Position numbers and translations under genes: made by a program. Below are positions 29,612-40,300 of a stretch of DNA of 50,684 bases, piece after piece. Under the pieces are notes generated by a model. That model searched no databases, was not told the DNA's origin, and worked only from the letters and a program-made list of their open reading frames with translations. Every line of letters starts with the position of its first letter. Position 1 is the stretch's first letter. This DNA is from Candidatus Eiseniibacteriota bacterium (lineage in GTDB: Bacteria > Arandabacterota > Arandabacteria > Arandabacterales > Arandabacteraceae), in assembly GCA_043810925.1 (NCBI GenBank), contig JBDRNT010000170.1, positions 1 through 50,684 of the forward strand, written 5' to 3'.

Positions 29612-31106
29612 CTATCTCGGTACACACAGATACGTAGGTCTGGTTCGCTTACCCGTGACCGGCCAGAATGCATCCTCATCAAGGAAGATCGGTGCATGGC
29701 AATTGTAATGACCCTCGATGTCCTCGCGTCGCCAGCTGGTGTCAAGTATGATGACGTCGAACCTGCCCTGGCTGACGGACTGCCTTATATCCGCGATAAG
29801 ATCTGCCCGGGCCTCTTCACTGCCTCGAAGCACATCATGAATGGCCATTCGATGAGCGTAGGTCTTCTTCCCGGCCATGCGGGATAAATACCCGTGATCG
29901 GGGCATAAGAACCTCACCCTGCACACGTGAGATCATATCAACGAGTTCTCGGCCTGCCAGCAAGTCCTTTGCCGTGGGGACCTGATCGACCGGGTCATAC
30001 TTGAGGATGCCGAACTGTATCAGGCAGCTCACAGTGATGAGAATCATGCCCATCTTTGCTCCGGTTGTGGGACGCCCGCCGACCCGTCGGGAGATCCGGT
30101 CAACTGCCAGACCGAATATCACTGCAACACAGGCGTAGGCAGGGAAGAGGACATTGTCGTAACCGCCCAGATGTAGTCTTGATGACAGGGCTCCACCCAG
30201 CATGCCTGCAGCGAAGAACAGATAGAATAGCGCCCTGTCACGGGATGATTGTCTGAGTCCGGCAAAAAGGTAGGATCCGCACAGGGCACAAGCTATCGGC
30301 AAGGGCAGGAACAAATCCTTAACCCAGAAGTCCAAGAACAGACTCGGGATGATCTCATGCCCCCTGGGCAGCCCGTAGATGTAGAACATGTACCATCCCT
30401 CATGAATACTATCGAGTGCGATTGAGCTTATGACCACCGTCGCAAGCGCCGTCAAGATCAAGTAGCAGGATCGCCTCCAGTTCTGGTATGCGGCATGCGC
30501 CATCAGGGGTAATGCCATGATCAAGGCCACCTGTTTTGTCAAAAAGGAAAGCCAGACCAGGATTCCGGCCAGCACATACGCCCGATTCGACCGTGAGAAC
30601 CTGATCACATAGACAGCCAGGAGAAACAGGAAAAGGAACAGGGAATCGACTCTCGCTATATCAAACCAGGCACCACTCAACCTGTATGTTGCTGCGAAGA
30701 TGGACGCGGCAAGAACGGCAGCCGAGTTATTGCCCGTCTCGCGTCGTACGATAGAGAATATCAGCGCGAAGCAACCCAGTGATGATGTGAAAGACACGAG
30801 TCTCAGAGGCACGAACCCGATACCGAGAACCCATGAGACACCAGCCGATAGATAGAAGTAAAGCGGGGTGTATATGTAAGCGACGAATTCAAGCGTGGGC
30901 TTCACGTAGAGTCGGTCCCCGGCCAGTATTCGTCTCACATGGTCTACCGAGCCTCCTTCCATCCACTCGAGCTCAAATGGATACTGTATCCGCAGGATCG
31001 CCAGGACCACATAGACACCAACGTACGATAGTGCAACACAAAGCAGTACGTAATGAGATACCCTGACCAGCCGATCCTGCCGTTCGGTTCCCATCCCCGG
31101 CTTCAC
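29612..31106 (-). pseudogene. GT-C (ArnT/PMT-like) glycosyltransferase split by a +1 frameshift at 29900-29903
   Basis: 5' ORF has ELEWMEG, IYTPLY, ARVD, TKQ; removing one C from ATG CCC C GAT CAC restores MPDHGYL and joins ORF 29612-29926 (497 aa total). Confidence 0.8.
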
Positions 31107-31317
31107 CTCCAGGAGTAGACCCTTCCTCGAGTCGAGATATTACCACACACGAATGAGCTGTTTGAAGGAGATTGGCGCGAGCCCAGGTTGATGCGTGTCC
31201 GATCGCACACGATACATGCCCCCGGGAATCCTTCCCGTCTCACAGCCGACTGCACGCCGGCCTCGACAATTGCGTGTCCTCCCCTGCGGCAGTACGCAAA
31301 TGCCTGTGTCATTCCGC

Positions 31318-31344
31318 TAATGCTGTACCGGTAGTTGCCGATAC
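31318..31344 (+). promoter_or_regulatory. Putative sigma28/FliA-type promoter of the giant-protein operon
   Basis: TAAT-N15-GCCGATAC versus consensus TAAA-N15-GCCGATAA. Confidence 0.55.
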
Positions 31345-31382
31345 TTACTAAGAATAGGGACTGTTGCGAGCGGGGGTGTATC

Positions 31383-34300
31383 TTGTGCAGTAGCGCCGTA
31401 CGCATAGCGGCAGCGGTCGTGATTCTCGTTGCTGCTCTTATCCTGTCCGCGGTACAGACTGCCGTGGCCGTGGTTTACTACGTCTCGCCTTCGGGAGACA
31501 ATCTCGACGACGGTCTCAGCCAGGGCACCGCGTGGCTTTCGGTTGATCACGGTGACGAGCTGGGCATCCTTGCCCCGGGCGACACCGTGTACATACTCCC
31601 CGGTATTTACCTGGTCAGCAACACGATCTCGCTCACATCTTCGGGTACGGGCGTGGCACCCATTGTGTACGCCGGGCAGGAAGATGCCATGCCCAGACTC
31701 GTGAACATCGATTCAGAGGATGCATCCATAGTAATGGACGGTGACCATCTGGTCCTGAGTCACATAAGTCTCACCGCCGACCCCCTTGTAACGGTGAACG
31801 GCATAGACATCAATGGTGATTCATGCACCGTTTATGGCTGTCTGATCCACGACATCCTCTACGACGGAATCGAGGTCACCGGTTCATACAACCTGATCCT
31901 GAGGAACGTAGCATATTCGTGTGGACGTCACGGTATTCAGAGTGTGGAATCCGGTGTTCACAACCGCTACTACGGCAATACCCTGTGGGATAACAACTAT
32001 GACGGCATACAGGTACTCGGCAGCGGAAGTGACAACCGGATATTCAACAACCTCGTAATTGAGAATGGGGATGACGGAATCTCCGGGCCGCCGGACAATG
32101 TGTGCGGTTATAACGATGTTTGGAACAACCACGGCATGAGTTACACGGGCGGCGTGAGCGATTCGGCAGGCGGTATCTCGGAAGATCCGGTGTTCGCGGA
32201 TGCTGCGGCTGGTGATTTCACGCTCCGGTCCGGTTCACCGGCAATCGATGCCGCTCTGGACCTTGGCTATCCGTACACCGGTGCGGCACCCGATATGGGG
32301 GCAATTGAGTACACGGCCTACGATGCGACAAGTTACTATGTTTCGCTTTCGGGCGATGATGATAACGACGGGCTGAGCCCCGGGAGCGAATGGCTCTCAA
32401 TCGATAATGGGGACCAGAAAAGTATCCTGGCGCCCGGGGATACGGTAAATATCCTGCCGGGCACTTATCTGCCCACGTCGACCGTACAACTCAAGACCGA
32501 TGGCAGGGCAGATGCGAACATAACCTACCGCAAGTTCGGCAGTGGCGACGTCGTGGTCGATATGGGCGGCGCATCAAAAGTCGCGATCCTTATTGAAGGT
32601 GATCATGTCAGGCTTGACAGCCTTGAAGTAACGAATACCGACGAGCAAGGGGTCCATGTTAAATCTGATTCATGCAGAGTGCGCGGCATGTATGTCCATC
32701 ATACGGGCAAGGCAGGTATCCGGGTTGAAGGCAAGCACAATCTATTCGTCAAAAACATCATCGCCTTCACCGCCGACGACGGCGTCAAGAATGAAGGTGG
32801 CGCAGACCAGAACACCTACCACAATAACACGGTCCATTCCAACGCGAACAAAGGCTTTGACCTCAATACCAACAATTCACGCCTCTTCAATAACATAGTT
32901 GTGGACAATGACAAGGGGATAGACGGAAATTCAGCCAATGTTTGTGGCTTCAACGACGTCTGGGGTAACACCAGCGACGACTACAATGGTGGCGTTTTCG
33001 ATTCAGCCGGGGGCATCTCCGCCGATCCCGAGTTCTTCGATCCGGTGAGTGGAGATTTCATGCTTCAATGCGGTTCTCCCGCGATCAATGCCGGACTCGA
33101 TCTGGGTGACCCGTACCACGGCGGTGCACCGGACATGGGGGCGGTCGAGACCGACCATTGCGACTCAGTTGCATACATAGTTGTTGTTCCGGACACGGCA
33201 ACCGTTTTGGAAGGTACTTCACTCCAGTATGCCGCCTACGGCTATGCCTCCGACTCGACCTTTGTCCAGGATCTGACCGACTCGGTGAGTTGGGGCATGA
33301 CCGATCCCTCGGGTACGATAACCGCCGGCGGACTCTATACGGCAGGCCATGATCTATCCCCTCCGGATTACCATGTGATCGCCAGCTATGTTGCCATGGT
33401 CGACTCCGGGGCAGTGACTGTGGCAACGGATGGTACGCTTAGCTATATTCGGGTCGAACTTGAGGACGGAAGGCAGTTCCCCGATACTACGCTTACCACA
33501 GACAATGACACCACGGTCTTCTACTGCCGCGGCTATGACTCCGGCGACAATCCCCTCGGAGACATTGTGGCCAACTGGAGCCTAATTGAGGGCGATTCAA
33601 TCGGCAAGATCCTGCCGGCGGGTGGCATGTCAACCACTCTTGAGCTTCGGGTAGCGGGTACGGCCCGCGTCGAGGCCAGGCTGGGCGGAGGTCTTGCAGA
33701 TACATCAGGTGTGATCACATGTGTTGCCGGGGAGCCGGTGACGTTGTCAGTATCGCCTGATACGGCCGTGGTCTCAGCCGACAGCACACTTGAGTTCACG
33801 GCGTCTGCAACCGACGCCGACGGCAACCCAACGGGTCCAATTGTGAGCACCGTGTGGGAGGTGCTGGGAGGCATCGGGTCCATCGACAGCACAGGCCTTT
33901 TTGCGGCAATGACAGTTGGGACGGGCAATATCGTCGGGACAAGCGCAGGTCTTAGCGATACGACCGGCGCCATCGAAGTCGTCGTGGGAGAGGTGGCGCG
34001 GATCGACGTTGCTCCCGCCACCAGGGTGCTTAACGAGGGATCATCGCAGCAGTATACTGCAAACGGCTATGATGCCGATTCCAATTTCGTTTTCGACCTG
34101 ACCGATTCTGTTGCCTGGACCACGAGCGATCCATCGGGTTCCATAACCACCGGCGGACTCTACACCGCCGGCAGTGCTCTTTCACCTCCGGATTACCATG
34201 TGATCGCAACCCATCTTGCCATGGTTGACTCCGGCCTGGTGACGGTGGTGACGGACGGATCACTGAGTCACGTTCGGGTAGAGCTTGAGGATGGAAGGCC

Positions 34301-37300
34301 GTTTCCGGACACGACGCTTACGACGGACAATGATACGACCCGGCTTTACTGTCGTGGCTATGACACGGGTGAAAATCCCCTCGGAGATCAATCGGTCACC
34401 TGGGAGGTGATCGGTGGTGATTCGATCGGAGAGGTTTCACCCATTTCCGGTACGTCGACGACGCTCACGCTCTCGAGGTCGGGTACGGGCCGTGTCAGGG
34501 TTACTCACTCAGCCACGATCAAAGACACCTCAGGTGTCTTGACTTGTGTGGCCGGAGAAGTGACGTGGATCGATCTCACCCCGGCTTCCAACATCATCAC
34601 CGAGGGATCATCACATCAGTACGCTGCAAACGGCTATGACGCCGATTCAAACTTCGTTATCGATCTAACCGATTCTGTTGCCTGGACTACTACCGATCCA
34701 TCAGGCTCTGTAACAACCGGTGGATTCTATACCGCCGGCAGTGATCTTTCACCGCCGGATTACTATGTGATCGCAACCTATGTTGCCATGGTCGACTCGG
34801 GAGTGGTGAAGGTCATCACGGATGGTTCGCTGAGATATGTCCGTGTTGAGATGGCTGACGGGACGCCTTTCCCGGATACGACACTTACGACGGATAACGA
34901 TACGACCCGGTTTTACTGCCGTGGTTATAACTCGGGTGACAATCCCCTCGGAGATCAGCCGGTCACCTGGGAGGTGATCGGTGGTGATTCGATCGGAGAG
35001 GTTTCACCTCTTACCGGGACGTCTACGACGTTTACGCTTCTGAGGTTGGGCACGGGCCGTGTCGGCGCCACTTACTCACCCACAATCAAAGATACCTCTG
35101 GTGTAATAACTTGCGGTGCCGGTGACCCGGCGGAGCTCATTGTCTCACCGGACACTGCGACCGTGTCTGCGGACAGTACCCTCCAGTTCACGTCACTCTC
35201 ACTCGATACCGACGGCAATGAGACCGACCCACAGGTGATACCTGCGTGGGAGGCATTGGGGGGAATAGGTGCCATCGACAGTTCCGGCCTCTTCAGTGCC
35301 GCCACTGTAGGGACGGGCAATATCCTCGCCGTCGGATCGGGTCTTGCCGACACCACCGGTACGATAACGGTGATTCCAGGCGAGACTGTCTGGATAGATG
35401 TTCTTCCGAGCACCCAGATCGTGATCGAAGATTCATCTTACCAGTTTACGGCCTACGGCTACGACGGCGACTCTAACCTCGTAGATGACTTCAGCGTTGA
35501 CGCTCTCTGGAGCACGACCGACCCATCGGGTTTGGTGACGGGTACCGGTCTTTATACGGCCGGCACCGATCCTTCGCCGCCTGTCTACCTTGTTAGGGCA
35601 AGTCTGGATCTGCCGCTTGGAAGTCTCCACTCTGTCCGGGATTCAAGCGAAATCACGGTGCTTACCAGCGGATCGATCAAGTATGTTCTTGTCGAAGCGT
35701 TTGACGGCACTCCTTTCCAGGATACAACCCTTACGACGGACAATGACACGACACGTCTCTACTGCCGAGGCTACGACTCCGGAGACAACCCGGTCGGGGA
35801 CCTCGCGGTTACATGGTCCCTGATTGGCGCTGACTCAATCGGCACTGTCAGTCCGGGTCCGGCCACCCACACAACGATGGAGCTGTCCCGGTTGGGAACA
35901 GGTCTGGTTGTTGGAACCTATGGTCCGGGCATGAGTGACACGACGGGCATCATAACCTGCGTTGCAGGTACACCTGCGAGTCTTGTGATCGCCCCGGATA
36001 CGGCTACCACATCCGCCGGCAGCTCGGTCCAGTTCACGACATCGACACTTGACGCCGACGGCAACCCAAGTTCATCGGTAACGATCGATGCGTGGGATGT
36101 GCTGGGTGGGATCGGCACGATTTCCGGTACCGGGCTCATGACAGCCACAACCGTGGGAATCGGTTCAGTAGCCGGTTCGGGTGAAGGACTCACCGATACA
36201 AGTGGTGCCGTCACTGTGCTTGCGGGTGAGCTCAGCCAGATTGCGATCACACCGGACTCCGCCGTGGTGACCCTCGGTGGCACGCTGGCCTTTGAGGCCG
36301 GTGGCACCGACGCTTACGGCAATGTCGCGGACGTCGGGGATCTCACCTGGGCCGTGCTCGGTGGTGTGGGTGGGATAGACGGCGCAGGCACTTTCAGCGC
36401 TCTTGCAGTTGGATCGGGGCGCATCACGGTTGAAAGCAGCGTAAACAGCATATCAGACACCAACCGGGTGGTTACCGTTCTGCCAAGCGGCCTGAAGATG
36501 CTGGTTGTCACCCCCGACACCGCAACGGTCAAGATTGCAGGCTCCGTCCAGTTCGCCGCAACAGGTTTCGATGAGAACTTCCAACCTGTCGCCGTTGGTG
36601 ATCTCACCTGGCAAGTGCTTGGGGGGATCGGGTCGATAGACCAGTCGGGAGACTTCGTGGCATCGACCACCGGGGTGGGCTACATTGCGGCCACAAGCAG
36701 CGTAGGCGGCGTGGGTGACACGACCAGTATGATTATCGTCGAGGTTCCCACGATCTCTGAAGTACCTCTCGGAAACAACTTCGCCCGTGCCGGCCAGACG
36801 CGTGTTCCGGTACTCGGCTTTAAGATCTCCAACGCTTTCGATGGACCTGAACAGCTTGATGGCATCACGCTTCGCGATGCTTCACACGGGACAGGCAGCG
36901 CCGGACAGATTCTCTCAAACATCGACTCGCTGGCGCTCTACATCGATTCGAACTCGAGTGGCGGGCTTGACCCGTCGGATGCCTTCATCGCCGGAACGGA
37001 CGCGATCTCAAGCACAGTCGATCTGTCGTTCTCTCCGGTCATGATCGGACCCGGCTCAAACCGTACGTTCTTTGTCACTGCAACGATAACCCGGTTCCCG
37101 TGTGACGGGGACTTACTCGATTTCTTTCTATTGCCTTCCACCGATGTCGACCTGGCAGGCGGCACTCCGGTCGCCGGGCCCGACACGCTCAATTCACTCG
37201 GGCTTTGCATAGTTGATGGTCTGATCGCAAACCAGCTGACCCTGATCCCGACAGGTACCGGCACACTGACATCGGAGAGCGGTCTGTCCAATGTTCTGGT

Positions 37301-40300
37301 GATCGACGTGCCCCGGAACGGTTACGCCGCGGACGTCCTTGAGATCTTCTCGGTCTTCAACACCGGGACGGCAGATACCACGGACCTCGATTCACTATCG
37401 CTTTACATGGATGACGGCAACGGTACCTGGACCGGTGGTGAGGAGGAGACCTACATTGGTGATCTGTCCTTCACGGGCAATCAGTGGGAGCTGAGCGGTC
37501 TGTCGGTGGCCCTTACTGAGCAGGTCACCCGGTTTTACCTGGGAGCGAAGCTGTCTGAGTTCGCCGGCAACGGAGCGACCCTTGCACTGGGCTTCCCGCT
37601 ACACGCACTTGAGATGTCCTCTGATAACGATGGACCGGTCGATACTGCGATAGATCCTGTAGAGACGATAGCGATTGCCTCCACCGAGACGATACTGGCA
37701 GGTGTGCTTCCGCTTGAGGCAGGGGAGTTGATACCGGGTACGACCACCGGTCCGATCACGGCCGTCGAGCTCGTCAACCGCTATTCTGAACCCGTGCATG
37801 TCGACAGTATACGGTTCACCAATGCAGGGTCTGATCCCGGCGGCGCATCACAAGCCGAGCTCGACAGCCAGATAGACGCCGTAAGTCTCTGGCTTGAAGG
37901 CGACGGTAATCATGCGACGCGCGGGCCGCTCGACAGCTTGATCGCCTCCGGTGGACTCCAGGCGGGCGAGGTTGTCTTTGCAACCGGCGGGATTTCAATT
38001 CCTCCTGCCGGTGGTGCTGTCCGCATGACGGTCGAATGCACCCTGAACAGACTGACAAGCAAGAACGCCAACCTCATTAATTTCGCCATATTGGACGGTG
38101 CGGATATTCACTTCGCCCAGCCGGTCGCGCTGTCCGGGAGTTTTCCCCTCAAGAATGAAGGTGATTTTTCCATAAATACGTTTCCGGCATCGAATGTTGC
38201 CGTTCATGCCGTCCCCGGCGGGACGATCTTCGGCGGCGAAACCGACCACCTGATATTCGACTTCGAACTGCCGCGTAACGGCTATGCCGCTGACAATCTG
38301 CGCAGCTTGAGGATAGTGAACACGGGATCCTCAAACGAACAGGACGCCCTGGAAAGTGTTAAGCTCTGGGCCGCTTCGGGCGGTCTCGGTTCACCACAAA
38401 GCGCCATTCTGCTCGGCGAGTTTGAACCGGAAGATGGTGGGTGGCTTATCTCGGACCTGGCGGTGCCGCTTGCTGAGGAAGGCAACCGTCTGTTTGTCAC
38501 CGTTGATGTTGCGACGGATGATTTCGGGGGAGGCACGCTTCGCTTTGAGATCCCCATTCATGGGGCTCTGTATGCTTCGGGAACCAATGGTCCCGACGAT
38601 GCGCCTGTTGGTGACCTGCAATCACATCTGCTTTTTCCTGCGAACCGGATAACTGTAATACCAATTCCGGGTGAGGCATCGGTGGTCCGCCCGGGAGCTG
38701 TGCGGACGGCCGTTCTTACCTTTGCTCTTTACAACGGCTATGCGCACCAGACACACGTTCTTGAAGCAATCAGGCTGTCAAACGGTTCAAGGTCGGTTTC
38801 AACCAGCGCTTTTGCAGACCATGAACTGGGCCAGGTGTCCCTCTACCATGACGAGAATACCAACCGGACTTTTGACGATGATATGCTTATAGCGTCCGGG
38901 TACTTCACAGACGGGAGTCTCAGCCTCAGCGGTCTTAACGTATCGCTTCCTTCCGAGTCGTTATCGTATTTCTTCGTGGCTGCGAACCTGCCGCTTGACG
39001 TGATCGACTCGGACACGCTTGTTGTGACAATCGACGAGCACTCAGATTTCACATTTGCTCAGAGTGTCAATCTCAATGGCGACCTTCCTCTGTCAAGAGG
39101 CGGTATTCTCACAATAGACGGATCTGTTGCCGGCCAGTACGGCCTGGTTCCGTGCACCGTGCGAACCCTGTCACCGGGTGATACGGCGGTCACGCTCTTT
39201 GCCCTGCGACCTGCCTCTAACGGCAACCAGGTCGATGTTCTCGAGTCCATGAGGATGGGCAACGATGCAGATGCGGATACGAGTGACTTCACCTTGCTCA
39301 AGCTCTGGCGTGACTCCAACGGGGACGAGACTTATCAAGCAACCGACTCACTCCTGGGACAGGCGACATACGTTGGAGGAGACTGGCTTTTTGAGGGGAT
39401 CGGGCTTGAGATCGCGGGTGAACCTCCCGTCCTCTTCGTAACGGGAGATGTGACCCTGCGAGCCACGCCGAATTCGTCGCTGCGGCCCGTGTTACCCCTG
39501 AATGGGTGCGGGTACGCCTCTGCCAATGACGGCCCGCTTGATGTACCGCTGGGGAGCGGGTACGCATTTGTGATCTCGACCTCAGGCCTCAAACTGACGT
39601 ATGAGTCGCTCAGCCCGAGGTATTCGGTTGGTCAGCCTGTTGATCTGAATGTTCATGCGACCAACATCCTCCCAACTACTATGTACGATGTCTCCTGTGA
39701 TATAACCGGGATTGGCGAGCCTGGAATAGTCAGTCTGGACAGCAGCTCCGTTGCGCGAGGAGTGTTGTCTCCGGGTGGGACGGCGGACTTTACGGCGAGC
39801 TATACTGCTCTTGAAGCAGGTACGGTGCACTGGCGGATCCAGGCTTTCTCGTCGAACCCGGCCGACTCATCCGCACCTGTTCAGACCGAGCCTGTTGTGA
39901 TCCAGACCGCACCGTCCGGCGCCGTGGTGGAGATGATAAGCTCGATTCCCACCGCCGTTACCCGGGGCCAGAGACAGGTTTTCCCGCTGAGTATCAAGTA
40001 TAGACACTCCGATCCGTCACCGCTTGCGGCCTCGATAAGGCTGGACAGTCTCCGGGTCGGGATCATGGATGAGACGGGAATCCCGCTCTCGGCCGGCGCG
40101 ATCTTCTCCAGAATGGTACTTGCTACGGGTTACACAAACCTTACGATCCTTGAGACGTTGCCGGATGCATCAACCGTGCTGCTCGGGTTCAGCCGGCCGA
40201 CGGTTGTGTCTCCGGGAGACGAACAGGTCCTTTCACTCCAGGTGGACATAGACAGTCTCGCCGGAGCCAACTCATTTGCCCTGACCATTAAGAGTGCAGC

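Noticed and set aside
31335-31382. ORF-track start at 31335 for the giant gene
   Set aside because: It has no RBS and overlaps the putative promoter; TTG 31383 gives an RBS and a normal signal peptide
33170-36760. Diversity-generating retroelement TR/VR pair
   Set aside because: Repeats are in-frame domain duplications with mismatches not confined to adenines, and no reverse transcriptase is present
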